From contig DASYTG010000034.1 in NCBI GenBank assembly GCA_036002525.1, forward strand, positions 41,257 to 105,256: a stretch of 64,000 bases of DNA, written 5' to 3'. Below, one piece after another: positions 17,948 through 27,856 of this stretch (positions are counted from its first letter, which is position 1; each line of letters starts with the position of its first letter). A model generated the notes under the pieces. That model searched no databases. It was not told the DNA's origin and saw nothing but the letters and a program-made list of their open reading frames with translations. Origin of the DNA: Candidatus Limnocylindrales bacterium. GTDB lineage: Bacteria > Chloroflexota > Limnocylindria > Limnocylindrales > CSP1-4. Made by a program: the position numbers and the translations under genes.

Positions 17948-20623
17948 GTGCACTCGCGCCGACCGGGTCGATATCGCACGGCCGCCTCCGCCCGGACGCG
18001 GTTCGGCCACGCCCATTCCCACGGCCATTGGCCGGCCCAGGCGCGTCTCCCCCGTCCCGTCCATCACCATCGCCACGGCGGCAGCAGGGCCGTCGCGATC
18101 GTGCTGACGTTGCTCCTCGTCATCGTCCTCGTCGTCGGCGGGACGGTGGGGCTGTTCGGCGTCGCCGCCATCGCGACCGTCGGCGCCCTCTCCACGGACC
18201 TGCCCGACCCGTCGGGGTTGCGGAGCATGACGTTCAGCCAGCCGACCGTCGTGTACGACCGGAGCGGCGAGGTGGAGCTGGCTCGCTTCCAGCGCGAGCA
18301 GCGCCGCGTCGTCACCTTCGACGAGGTTCCCCGGCTCATCCTCGATGCGACGACCACCGCCGAGGACCGGACGTTCTGGGAGAACGACGGCTACGACCCG
18401 GGCGCGATCCTGTCGGCGATGGCCGAGAACGCGAGCGGGCAGAGCGAGCGGGGCGCATCGACGATCACCCAGCAGCTCGTCCGGGCCCGGCTCCTCCCGG
18501 ACGAGTACACGAGGCCAGGCGCCGACCGATACCTGCGCAAGGCGAAGGAGATCATCCAGTCGGCCCGGCTGACCGAGGCCTTCCCCGGGGAGGGCGGCAA
18601 GGAGCAGATCGTCACCGCCTACCTCAACGAGATCTTCTACGGCCACGACGCGTACGGCGTCGCGGCCGCGGCCCGGATCTATTTCGGCGTCACCGATCTC
18701 GCAGAGCTCACCCCGGCCCAGGCCGCGCTGCTGGCGGCGTTGCCGAAGTCACCCACGACGCTCGACCCATACCGGTTTGCGAAGCCCGACGAGGACGGCC
18801 GGCTAGTCGTCCCGTCGTCGGCCCCACCGGTCGTCCGGCGGGACTGGATCCTCGACAACCTCGCGACCTCCCGCTGGACCCGGCTGTCCGAGAGCCAGCT
18901 GAAGCAGGCGCTCGCCGAGCCGGTCGTGCTGGCCGGCGATCAGCCGCTCCGCTTCCGGGCGGCCCACTTCACCTGGCAGGTGCGGCGCCAGCTCGAGTCG
19001 ATCCTCGGCGGTCCGGACGTGGTCGATACCGGCGGCTACCGGGTGATCACTACGCTCGACTGGAAGGCGCAGTCGCTTGCCGAGCGGTGGCTCGCGGCCG
19101 CGGCCATCGCACCGAACCTGTCAAAGAAGGAGGCGAACGCACTCCTCGACGCGTACGAGATCCCGGATGGCGACCGGGGCTGGATCCGCGCCCTGCGGGG
19201 CAAGGACATCCACAACGCGGCCCTCGTCGCACTGAACTACAAGAACGGCGACGTCCTTGCCTACACGGGGAGCGCCGGTTACTACCGGGACGACATCGCG
19301 AGCCCGAAGTTCGAGCCGAAGTACGACGCGGCGGGCGACGGCGCCCGGCAGCCCGGATCGGCGTTCAAGCCGATCGTCTACGCCACGGCGTTCGAGCAGC
19401 GCGCCCTCACCCCGGGCAGCCTGCTGCTCGACATCACGACCGAGTTCAACCGCCGCGCCCGGTGGGCCCCGCGCGACGCGGACCAGCTCGAGCGCGGTCC
19501 GGTGCTCGTCCGCCGGGCCCTCCAGTTCTCGCTCAACATCCCGGCCATCCGGGCCCTCGAGCGGGTCGGCAACGAGGCGGTCGCCGACCAGGCCGAACGC
19601 CTCGGAATCCGGTTTGCCGGCGGGAAGACGGCGTTCCTCCAGGCCGGGCTGTCGGCGGCGATCGGGACCGTCGAGGTCCGGCCGCTCGACCTGACGGCTG
19701 CCTACGGCGCGCTCGGGAACGGCGGCCAGCGGCCGCCGCCCCGGATGATTCTCGAGATCCGCGGGCCCGACGGGCGGCTCGTCTGGCAGGCGCCCGAGCT
19801 CCGGGTCGAGGCCGCCCTCAGCCCGCACGCAGCCTTTCTCGTGACCGACATCCTGGCCGGCAACACGGACCGCCGCCAGAACCCGATCTGGGCCCCGAAG
19901 CTCGAGGTCCGCAACGGCCCCGGCGGCAGCCGCCGGCCGGCCGCGGTGAAGACCGGCACGGCGAACGACGCGCGTGACCTGGCGACGTACGGCTATCTCG
20001 CCCCACCCGAGGACGATCAGCACCCGGGCCTCGCGGTCGGGATCTGGATGGGCAACAGCGACCACTCGAATCCCCGGACGCGCAAGCCCGCGACGTCGAT
20101 CACGGCGGCCGCACCGCTGTGGCGGGCGTTCGTCCGCGACTACTCCCGCGGCTGGCCAGTGACCGACTTCAACAAGCCGGGCAAGATCGTCGTCGCATCG
20201 ATCGACGCGTGGTCGGGCGGTCGGCCGGGTCCGTGGACCCGCGACCGGATCCGCGAGTACTTCCTCGCCGGCACCCAGCCCGGGACGCGCAGCGCCGTCG
20301 ATCCGGCCGGGCTCCTCTACTCGCCGGCCTGTGGGGGATGGCGCGTCGACCCGGTGAAGGCCGAGCTCGGGCCGGCGGAGTGGCGTGCCGACGTCCGTGA
20401 CTGGGCCGAGCGGGCCCGCCGGGGTCCGGGCGTCCGGGGCCGGTACGACTCCCGGACCGCCTACTTCTGGGGCGAGCGCAGCTGGGGTGGCCAGATCGTC
20501 GGCCCGTGCCCGAAGCCCAAGCCGCCCAAGGACGACCACGGCAAGGAGGAGAAGCCACCGAGAGACGGAGGCGACGAAGGGCCGCCCGATCCCACTCCGC
20601 CCCCGGACGGTGGCGGCGGCTGA
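17948..20623 (+). CDS. class A penicillin-binding protein (transglycosylase/transpeptidase, PBP1A-like)
   Basis: GT51 motifs EDRTFWENDGYD and GASTITQQLVR. Transpeptidase SAFKPIVYATAF (SxxK). N-terminal TM VAIVLTLLLVIVLVVGG. Pro/Lys-rich C-terminal tail. The exact start is uncertain. Confidence 0.9.
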   Translation: MHSRRPGRYRTAASARTRFGHAHSHGHWPAQARLPRPVHHHRHGGSRAVAIVLTLLLVIVLVVGGTVGLFGVAAIATVGALSTDLPDPSGLRSMTFSQPTVVYDRSGEVELARFQREQRRVVTFDEVPRLILDATTTAEDRTFWENDGYDPGAILSAMAENASGQSERGASTITQQLVRARLLPDEYTRPGADRYLRKAKEIIQSARLTEAFPGEGGKEQIVTAYLNEIFYGHDAYGVAAAARIYFGVTDLAELTPAQAALLAALPKSPTTLDPYRFAKPDEDGRLVVPSSAPPVVRRDWILDNLATSRWTRLSESQLKQALAEPVVLAGDQPLRFRAAHFTWQVRRQLESILGGPDVVDTGGYRVITTLDWKAQSLAERWLAAAAIAPNLSKKEANALLDAYEIPDGDRGWIRALRGKDIHNAALVALNYKNGDVLAYTGSAGYYRDDIASPKFEPKYDAAGDGARQPGSAFKPIVYATAFEQRALTPGSLLLDITTEFNRRARWAPRDADQLERGPVLVRRALQFSLNIPAIRALERVGNEAVADQAERLGIRFAGGKTAFLQAGLSAAIGTVEVRPLDLTAAYGALGNGGQRPPPRMILEIRGPDGRLVWQAPELRVEAALSPHAAFLVTDILAGNTDRRQNPIWAPKLEVRNGPGGSRRPAAVKTGTANDARDLATYGYLAPPEDDQHPGLAVGIWMGNSDHSNPRTRKPATSITAAAPLWRAFVRDYSRGWPVTDFNKPGKIVVASIDAWSGGRPGPWTRDRIREYFLAGTQPGTRSAVDPAGLLYSPACGGWRVDPVKAELGPAEWRADVRDWAERARRGPGVRGRYDSRTAYFWGERSWGGQIVGPCPKPKPPKDDHGKEEKPPRDGGDEGPPDPTPPPDGGGG

Positions 20624-20635
20624 CGCGGCCCGACG

Positions 20636-21889
20636 ATGCGCGGCGAGTTCCTCGCCTGGATGATCAGGGGCGCCGCCCTTGCGGTCGGGGTGGCCTTCGT
20701 TCTGGCCCTGGCCGCCCTCGGAGCGGCGGCCGGGCGGGTCCTGCTGCTCGTGTTCATGGCCGTCCTTCTCGCCTCCGCGCTCGAGCCGATGATCGGCTGG
20801 ATTCGGGGCCACCTCGGGCTGGGTCGGGGGGCGACGATCCTCCTCGTGTACGCCGGCTTCTTCCTGACCGTCGTCGGCCTGACGCTCGTCGTCGTGCCTG
20901 CCGCCGTCACCCAGTTCAACGACATCGTCGCCGGGCTGCCGCCACTCGTCGAACGGGCGCACGAGTGGGCGTCGAGCCTCCGGCCGCGGGCTCTGTCGAC
21001 GAGCATCAGCGCGCTGATCGACGAGGCCGAGAAGGTGCTCCGGCCGATCCCTCCGGACCCCGACGCGGTGATCGAGGTCGGCGTAACGGTGGCGGAGGCC
21101 GTCGTCTCGGTGGCGACCATCCTGGCGATCGTCTTCTTCTGGCTCACCGAGCACGCCCGGCTCCAGCGGTTCGCCCTCGCGTTCCTGCCCGCGCGGCGGC
21201 GGGCCGGGGCCCGCGAGGCCTGGAACGAGGTGGAGACCCGCCTGGGCCTGTGGGTCCGCGGCCAGCTCATCCTCATGGGGACGATCGGGCTCGCGACCGG
21301 AGTCGCGTACACCCTGCTCGGGCTGCCGTCCGCCCTCCTGCTTGCGCTCGTGGCGGCGGTGACCGAGGCAATTCCGATCGTCGGACCGCTGCTCGGGGCG
21401 ATCCCGGCGGTCCTCGTCGGCGCGACGGTCTCGCCCGAGCTGGCGCTGACCGTCGCCGTGATCTACGTCGTCCTCCACGTCGTCGAGGGCAACGTGCTCG
21501 TGCCACTGGTGATGCGGAACACGATTGGCATCTCGCCGTTCCTCGTGATCGTCAGCGTCCTCGTCGGCGCGGCGGCCGGCGGGGTCCTGGGAGCGCTGTT
21601 CGCCGTACCGGTGGCGGCCGCGATCGTCGTCGTCCTCGAGCGGCTCCAGGCACGCGAGGTCCCGGTCGCCCAGGACCCGGGCGGCGGCGAGTCGGCGGAA
21701 CCGGAGGAGGCCGAGGGGCCTCGCCGCTCGTTGCCGGATGGGGCCGCGGCCGACCCGCAGGTCAGAGGAGCGGCGCGACCTCGACGGTCTTCGGCTCGGG
21801 CCGCCGGCGGCGCCGGCGATCGACCGGCGGGCCCAGCGGCCGCCAGCCCTGGACCCGGACGCCCGACCTCACCGCTGCCGCCGGGGTGA
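20636..21889 (+). CDS. AI-2E family transporter (PerM-like permease)
   Basis: Multi-TM protein with TEAIPIVGPLLGAIPAVLVG...VLHVVEGNVLVPLVMRNTIGISPFLVIVS. The low-complexity C-terminal tail overlaps the convergent gene. Confidence 0.85.
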   Translation: MRGEFLAWMIRGAALAVGVAFVLALAALGAAAGRVLLLVFMAVLLASALEPMIGWIRGHLGLGRGATILLVYAGFFLTVVGLTLVVVPAAVTQFNDIVAGLPPLVERAHEWASSLRPRALSTSISALIDEAEKVLRPIPPDPDAVIEVGVTVAEAVVSVATILAIVFFWLTEHARLQRFALAFLPARRRAGAREAWNEVETRLGLWVRGQLILMGTIGLATGVAYTLLGLPSALLLALVAAVTEAIPIVGPLLGAIPAVLVGATVSPELALTVAVIYVVLHVVEGNVLVPLVMRNTIGISPFLVIVSVLVGAAAGGVLGALFAVPVAAAIVVVLERLQAREVPVAQDPGGGESAEPEEAEGPRRSLPDGAAADPQVRGAARPRRSSARAAGGAGDRPAGPAAASPGPGRPTSPLPPG

Positions 21890-22571
21890 AATCGATGAGC
21901 GCGGCCGGGTCGGCCGCGAGGAACCGGTGGCCAGGTGGCCCGCTCTTGCAGTAGTAGACGTCGCCGGCCGTCACGACCTCCACGTCGTCCTCCCACTCGA
22001 TCGCCAGGCTGCCGGCGGTCAGGAGTCCCCAGTGGGGCAGGTCGCAAAAGGCCGAGGTGTAGCCGCTTCGGACCCCGAACCGGGCGCGGGTGAGGATCCG
22101 CTCGCCCATCGCTACCGAGCTCGCGACGATCTCGCCCGCGTCCGGCTCGGCGGCCAGATCGACGCCCGGCGGCGGAACGACCACGCCCGGCAGAACGGCC
22201 GGCGGGCGCGGCAGGACCTCGTAGCCGTCGGCCCGAAGGCGCTCGTCGCTGAGGTCGCGGTCGGGATCGACCGGCTCGAAGGCGGCCAGGTGGGCAGGCC
22301 CGTCCGAGAAGATGCGGTGCTCGATGCCCGGCGGGACGTAGAAGGCGCTGCCGGCGTCGATCGGGTGGCGTTCCCCGCCGGCCTCGATGTGGATCGTCCC
22401 ATCGACGACGAACGCCCAGTGCGGACGGGTGCACGGGTCTTCGAGGACCGAGCCGGCCGAACCGGTCTGCGGCAGCTCGGCCAGGACGTAGGCCGTGTCC
22501 CCGAGCATCGCGAACCGGAGGATGAGGCTCCCGCTCCGAACCGAGCGGAAGTCGGCGGGGGCGACGTGCAT
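21762..22571 (-). CDS. bicupin-like protein
   Basis: Two cupin-like segments: HWAFVVDGTIHIEAGGERHPIDAGSAFYVPPGIEHRI and HWGLLTAGSLAIEWEDDVEVVTAGDVYYCKSGPPGHRF. Start at MHVAPADF (22571). Confidence 0.65.
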   Translation of the reverse strand: MHVAPADFRSVRSGSLILRFAMLGDTAYVLAELPQTGSAGSVLEDPCTRPHWAFVVDGTIHIEAGGERHPIDAGSAFYVPPGIEHRIFSDGPAHLAAFEPVDPDRDLSDERLRADGYEVLPRPPAVLPGVVVPPPGVDLAAEPDAGEIVASSVAMGERILTRARFGVRSGYTSAFCDLPHWGLLTAGSLAIEWEDDVEVVTAGDVYYCKSGPPGHRFLAADPAALIDFTPAAAVRSGVRVQGWRPLGPPVDRRRRRRPEPKTVEVAPLL

Positions 22572-22787
22572 CGGTTCCTCGTGGCGTTGCCCCTGCTCCC
22601 GCGAGGCTGTGACGGACTGGGGGAAAGAATAGCGGACGATTGGCCGTCCGCAACGGACCTGTAACACCCGTCCCACGACTCGCAGTCGGGTCGCAACGGC
22701 CGATGCGCTAGTCCTGCCGGGACGTCCGCACCGTCACGACTTTGTCGTGCCCGCGACGCCGGATTCCGGGTAGCAGCAAGGGGTGCC

Positions 22788-25556
22788 TTGATCGAGCGCG
22801 CCGAAGAACGTTCCACCCCCGGATCGCGTAGCCGGGCGGCCATCGCCGAGCGGCTGGGCGCGGTCCTCGACTCGGTAGACGACGGGATCACGGTCCAGGA
22901 CACGGACGGGCGGGTCGTGTATGCCAACGCCCATGCCGTTCAGCTGATCGGGTTCGCCTCATCCGAGGAGCTCCTGGCCGCCGAGCCGGTCGAGATCATG
23001 TCGCGGTTCGAGCTGTTCGACACGACCGGGGCGCCGCTGCCGGTGACCACTCTGCCGGGCCGCCGAGCGCTCGCGGGAACCGCCGAGCCCGCCGCGACGA
23101 TCGGCTTCCGTGTCCGCGCGACGGGCGAGATGCGCTGGTCGCGGGTGCGTGCGCAGCCCCTCCTCGATGAGGGGGGCGCGGTCCTGTTCGCGATCAACAC
23201 GTTCCACGACATCACCGACCAGGTCCTGATCGAGGCGGAACTCCGGAGCAGCGAGGCCCGCTACCGGCAGCTCGTCGAGGCGATGCCCCAGATCGCCTGG
23301 ACGACCGACGCGTCGGGGCGGCTCGAGATGGTCAACCGGCGCTGGTCCGAGTACACCGGGCTGGCGGGCTCTCCGCGGGCGCCCCTCGCGACCGAGGGGG
23401 CCGTCCACCCGGACGACCGTCCGGCGCTGGCAGCCGAGTGGGAGGCCAGCCTGGCCAGTGGCCGGCCGCTCGAGGTCCAGTGCCGGATCCGGCGAGCCGA
23501 CGGTGTCGATCGCTGGCACCTCGTCCGGGCCGTCCCGCTCCGCGAGGCCGACGGGCGGATCGGAGGCTGGGTCGGGACCGGCACCGACATCGACGAGGCG
23601 GAGAACAACCGCCGTTTCCTCGCCGATGCAACGGGTCTCCTGTCATCGTCGCTCGACTACGAGGAGACGATCAGCCGGGTCGCCGAGCTCGCCGTCCCGC
23701 GGATCGCCGACTGGTGCGTAGTCGACCTCGTCGGACCGGACGGCCGGATCGAGCACCTCGCGATCGTCCACGTCGACCCGAAGAAGGTCGCGCTGGCGCG
23801 CGAGCTCCGCGAGCGCTATCCGCCGCAGGCGGACGCGGCGGGCGGGGTGAGCGCGGTCATCCGGTCGGGCAGGTCGGAGCTCGTCAGCGAGATCACCCCG
23901 GCAATGCTGGACGCGATCCCCGACCCCGAGTACCGCGGGATGATCGAGGCGCTCCAGCTCACGTCGTACATGTCGGTCCCGCTGCTCGCCGGCGGAGAGG
24001 CGCTCGGCGCGATCACGTTCGTCGGCGCGGAGTCGGGCCGGCGGTTCGGACCGGACGACCTGGCACTCGCCGAGAGCCTCGCGGGTCGGGCCGCCGCGGC
24101 GATCCAGAACGCCCGGCTGTTCCGCGACGTCGGGCGGTTCAAGCGGATCCTCGACGCGACCCTCGACGCGGTGTTCATGTTCGACCCGGGCTCACTTCGC
24201 CTCTCGTACGTCAACCAGGGCGCGATCGACCAGGTCGGCTTCACCCGGGAAGAGCTGCTCGACCTCGATCCGACGGCGATCGCCGACGACCTCGATGAAG
24301 CCCGACTCCGGGCGCTCGTCGCGCCGCTCGTCGAGCGCCGTCTCGAGTCGCGGACGGTCACCCTCACCTATCGCCACCGGTCCGGCCGGCGGGTGCCGGT
24401 GGAGGTCCTCCTCCAGCACGTCGAGCTGCCGGGCGAAGCGGGCAGGATCGTGGCCATCGCCCGGGACATCGGCGACCGGGTGGCCGCCCAGGCCCGCCTC
24501 CAGCGGCTGGCCGAGGCCGAGCATTCGCGCGCCGCCGAGCTGAATGCGGTCATCCGGGCGATGGGCGAAGGCGTGGTCGTGTGCGGCCCGGACGGCCGGA
24601 TCACGCTCGCCAACCCGGCCGCGGAGGAGCTCTTCCCCGACGTGGCCGCCGGCGCCTACCAGGACATCGTCGAGCGCCTCGAGGACCCGAATGGCGTCGC
24701 CCCGGCCCTCGGGGCGACGGGTGGCCCGGTCGAGCTCCGGATCCGGGGCGACGTGGACCGCTGGATCGAGCTGAGCACGTACCCGGTGGGGGCGCGGGGC
24801 GGTCTCGAGACCGCCGGCGCGGGCGAAACGATCGTCCTCCTCCGCGACGTCACGGAGCCCCGTCAGCGGCAGGCCGTCCGTGACACCTTCATCGGCGTCC
24901 TGTCGCATGAGCTGCGGACGCCCGTCACAACGATCTACGCCGGCTCGAAGGTCCTCGCCCGGGGGGGCGGCAAGCTCACCGACGAGCTGCAGCGGAGCGT
25001 GTTCGAGGACATCCATGTCGAGGCCGAGCGGCTCCACCGGCTCGTCGAGGACGTCATCGCCCTGACGCGGTTCGGCGAGGAAGAAGGCGACGTCGGGAAC
25101 GAGCCGGTGCTCCTCCAGCGGGTGCTGCCCGTGGTCGTTCGATCGGAGGAGCTGCGCTGGCCGGGGGTGGTCTTCGAGCTCCGGGTGCCCCACGGGGTCC
25201 CGACGGTCGTCGCCGACCCGACGTACGTCGAGCAGGTCGTCCGCAACCTCCTCTCCAATGCCGCGAAGTACGGCGGCCCCGGCTCGGTCGTGGAGACGGT
25301 CGTCGAGGCCGCCGACGGCGAGGTCCTCGTCCGCATCCTCGACAACGGGCCGGGCTTTCCCGGCGAGGAGGCGGACCGGCTGTTCGAGCTCTTCTTCCGC
25401 TCTCCATCGACCGCCGGGAGCGCCAGCGGCGCCGGGATCGGACTGTTCGTCTGCGCCCGCCTCATCCGGGCGATGGGGGGCCGGATCTGGGCCCGGCCAC
25501 GCGACGGCAGGGGCGCCGAGTTCGGGTTCAGCCTCGAGGTGATGCGGGCCGACTGA
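22788..25556 (+). CDS. soluble multi-PAS/GAF sensor histidine kinase
   Basis: Repeated PAS-like segments and a GAF-like segment (EETISRVAELAVPRIADWCVVDLV...). H-box FIGVLSHELRTPVTTIYAGSKVLAR. N and G boxes NLLSNAAKYG, DNGPGFP and GAGIGLFVC. No TM segment seen. TTG start as listed. Confidence 0.9.
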   Translation: MIERAEERSTPGSRSRAAIAERLGAVLDSVDDGITVQDTDGRVVYANAHAVQLIGFASSEELLAAEPVEIMSRFELFDTTGAPLPVTTLPGRRALAGTAEPAATIGFRVRATGEMRWSRVRAQPLLDEGGAVLFAINTFHDITDQVLIEAELRSSEARYRQLVEAMPQIAWTTDASGRLEMVNRRWSEYTGLAGSPRAPLATEGAVHPDDRPALAAEWEASLASGRPLEVQCRIRRADGVDRWHLVRAVPLREADGRIGGWVGTGTDIDEAENNRRFLADATGLLSSSLDYEETISRVAELAVPRIADWCVVDLVGPDGRIEHLAIVHVDPKKVALARELRERYPPQADAAGGVSAVIRSGRSELVSEITPAMLDAIPDPEYRGMIEALQLTSYMSVPLLAGGEALGAITFVGAESGRRFGPDDLALAESLAGRAAAAIQNARLFRDVGRFKRILDATLDAVFMFDPGSLRLSYVNQGAIDQVGFTREELLDLDPTAIADDLDEARLRALVAPLVERRLESRTVTLTYRHRSGRRVPVEVLLQHVELPGEAGRIVAIARDIGDRVAAQARLQRLAEAEHSRAAELNAVIRAMGEGVVVCGPDGRITLANPAAEELFPDVAAGAYQDIVERLEDPNGVAPALGATGGPVELRIRGDVDRWIELSTYPVGARGGLETAGAGETIVLLRDVTEPRQRQAVRDTFIGVLSHELRTPVTTIYAGSKVLARGGGKLTDELQRSVFEDIHVEAERLHRLVEDVIALTRFGEEEGDVGNEPVLLQRVLPVVVRSEELRWPGVVFELRVPHGVPTVVADPTYVEQVVRNLLSNAAKYGGPGSVVETVVEAADGEVLVRILDNGPGFPGEEADRLFELFFRSPSTAGSASGAGIGLFVCARLIRAMGGRIWARPRDGRGAEFGFSLEVMRAD

Positions 25557-25606
25557 CGCCGGCCGACTGACGCCGGCCGACTCCGGACCAGCCTCGCGGC
25601 CGCCGG

Positions 25607-26572
25607 TCAGATCCAGCGCCGCAGCCGGGCCGCGACGAGGATCCCCGCGGCGAGGACCACCATCGCGCCGAGCACCAGCCAGACGTTCGACGGCTCGTTG
25701 AAGAACGGCAGCTTGAAGTTCATCCCCATGATCCCGGCGAGGACGATGCTGGGAAGAAGCACGGACGACACGATCGTCAGCGCCTTCATCACCTCGTTCG
25801 TCCGCTGGGCCGCCCGGCCGAGATAGATGTCGAGCGAGCCGACGAGCAGGTCGCGGGCGTTCTCTGCCGTGTCGATCACCCGCTCGAGGCGATCGACCAG
25901 GCCGGGCCACGGCCGGCCGAGGCGCTCGTCGAGCTCGAAGTCCGGGCGGACGAGCGGAGCGAAGGCCTCCCGGTGCGGGACGATCGTCCGGCGCACGAAC
26001 GCGATCCGCCGGCGGAGCCGATGAACGTCGACGAGGAACCCGTTGCTCGTCGGGCCGCGCAGCGCCAGCTCGTCGAGACCTTCGATGTCCCGCTCGACCT
26101 CCTCGATCCGGTCGAACCAGGTGGCAATGACCGAGTCGACGAGGGCCGCCAAGAACGAGCCCGCATCGAGACGGCCCAGAAGCGTATCGGAGGGGAGGTC
26201 TCCGGCAAACCGTTCGAGCGCATCCACGGGCCCCTCGTGGACGCTCACAACGAAGTTCGGTCCCGCGACGAGGTCTACTTCCCGACGAACGAAGTTCCGC
26301 TGGTCACGCTCGATCGCCTGGACGGTGAGGTGGATGACGCTGCGATCGCGGACGAGGCGGGCCCGGCCATGCTCCTCGGCGAGGGACTCGACGATGGACT
26401 TCGGCAGATCGAGGAGCGAACTGAGCTCGCCGACCATCTCCCGATCCCGCGCCGGGAGGTAGACCCACAGGATCTTGCGGTCGTCGAGCGAGCGGACGAG
26501 CTGCCGGGTGAGCGTGACGTCCCGATCCCGGCGGTCGGCGTCGTACAGTCGGGCCCGATACGGCGTGGACAT
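25607..26572 (-). CDS. corA: magnesium/cobalt transporter CorA
   Basis: C-terminal LPSIVLAGIMGMNFKLPFF (GMN motif) followed by a second TM segment. Length is typical. Confidence 0.9.
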   Translation of the reverse strand: MSTPYRARLYDADRRDRDVTLTRQLVRSLDDRKILWVYLPARDREMVGELSSLLDLPKSIVESLAEEHGRARLVRDRSVIHLTVQAIERDQRNFVRREVDLVAGPNFVVSVHEGPVDALERFAGDLPSDTLLGRLDAGSFLAALVDSVIATWFDRIEEVERDIEGLDELALRGPTSNGFLVDVHRLRRRIAFVRRTIVPHREAFAPLVRPDFELDERLGRPWPGLVDRLERVIDTAENARDLLVGSLDIYLGRAAQRTNEVMKALTIVSSVLLPSIVLAGIMGMNFKLPFFNEPSNVWLVLGAMVVLAAGILVAARLRRWI

Positions 26573-27191
26573 CGACGTCGCGGCAGAGGAGGGCTCGGGC
26601 CGTGGCGCGCGGGTGGCGCGGCGCCGGCCGGAGCCGTTGGATGCGTCCGCTCCCCCGCGCGTCCGGGCGCTGCGGGGCTTCGAGGGTATCGTGGCCTGAC
26701 CGCCCCCCGCCCGGGGCGTGTCAGCGAAGCGACAGCAGGAGCGCCGCCGCGACCGCCATGACGGCCATGGCGTACTCGACGAGTCGCATCGAGCGCTCGT
26801 CGCGCGTGAGCTCTACAGGCTCGACGCTCTGGATCCGGGTCCGGTCGATCATGCCTCGGAAGCCTCAAGCGGTTGTCAGGTCAGGCTGCTGCGAGGACTC
26901 TCGCGCCGAGTCCCTGCCAGCCGCGCGCGCGCCACGCGGGCGCTCGTAACAGGCCTGTTGCACGGCCCCCGGAGGGGCCGGCACGTGGTGCGTCTTGTCA
27001 ACGGGCAGGCCGGCTGGAGGGTTGCCCACCCGCCCGGACCCGACCGGACCCGGAGGCTGCCGGATCCCGGCCCGGAGATGTCAGACGGTTGTTAGGCGGC
27101 AACCGGCACACGTTGTCGAGGCCCGAAGGCCCGACCGGCCACCCTGTCTGGGTCCGCCTGACGCGGCTCAACTCAAGGGACGGAGGTATCG

Positions 27192-27473
27192 ATGAGCATC
27201 ATTGCCTGGATCGTCCTCGGGGCGATCGCCGGCTATCTCGCCGGCTTCCTCGTCCGTGGCGATGAGGGTCTCGGGGTCATCGGCCACATCGTGCTCGGCA
27301 TCGTCGGCGCGCTGGTCGGTGGATTTCTCGCCGGCGCCCTCTTCGGCGTCGATCCGATCGACGGTCCGCTTGACATCAGCTCGATCGTCGTCGCGACGAT
27401 CGGCGCGGTGATCACGGTCGTCGTGGTCAATGCCCTCACGGGCCGCACTCGGACCGGCAGCGGCGCGGTCTGA
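27192..27473 (+). CDS. GlsB/YeaQ/YmgE family stress-response membrane protein
   Basis: MSIIAWIVLGAIAGYLAGFLVRG...GVIGHIVLGIVGALVGGFLAG is the typical family sequence. SD ggacggagg precedes the ATG. Confidence 0.85.
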   Translation: MSIIAWIVLGAIAGYLAGFLVRGDEGLGVIGHIVLGIVGALVGGFLAGALFGVDPIDGPLDISSIVVATIGAVITVVVVNALTGRTRTGSGAV

Positions 27474-27510
27474 CAGAGCGGGGCCGACGCCCCAACGAAG
27501 CCCAGCGGAA

Positions 27511-27545
27511 CGCCCACCCGAGCGGGTGGGCGATCCGCATTTCGT
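27511..27545 (+). terminator. hairpin downstream of the GlsB/YeaQ gene
   Basis: CGCCCACCC-gagc-GGGTGGGCG (9-bp stem) followed by atccgcatttcg. The T-tract is weak. Confidence 0.4.
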
Positions 27546-27689
27546 CGCGCGCCCACGGCGATTGGCCGGACCGAGTGATATGCGCCTGCAATGGTCCGCG
27601 CGCGGCTTCTGAGCCTCCTGCACCTCGGCCGTTCGTAGGCTCCGCTCGTCGGTGGGTTCACTTGCCGGCGACCATGGCCATCCCCTCCA

Positions 27690-27768
27690 GGGGGCGCTTG
27701 TGACGGGGCGTCCCCTCCCGTTCCCACGGACGGCTCGAGCCCCCTCCTCGAGCCGTCCGTTCTTTTCT
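27690..27768 (+). ncRNA. candidate 6C-like small RNA ending in a strong intrinsic terminator (5' end undefined)
   Basis: Two adjacent hairpins with C-rich loops. ACGGG-GCGTCCCCT-CCCGT is at about 27702-27722. ACGGACGGCTCGAG-CCCCCTC-CTCGAGCCGTCCGT (14-bp stem, 27726-27760) is followed by TCTTTTCT. No credible ORF is present. The layout matches the actinobacterial 6C RNA description (two C-rich loops). Confidence 0.35.
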
Positions 27769-27799
27769 GCCCGCCGCCTCGTCGGCGGGAACGGTCACG

Positions 27800-27840
27800 G
27801 ACACAAAGAGGACGCCCGCCGGGCCAACCCGGCGGGCGTC
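27800..27840 (-). terminator. intrinsic terminator of the hydrophilic stress-protein gene
   Basis: GACGCCCGCCGG-gccaac-CCGGCGGGCGTC (27811-27840). On the minus strand it is followed by CTCTTTGTGT. Confidence 0.6.
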
Positions 27841-27856
27841 CTCGTCGTGGCTCGGG

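Noticed and set aside
21762-21889. 128-nt convergent overlap between the AI-2E transporter and the bicupin gene (and 71 nt at 36540-36610)
   Set aside because: Both overlapping tails are low-complexity sequence. Stop codons are rare in high-GC DNA, so long 3' overlaps are expected. I see no evidence of a functional antisense arrangement.
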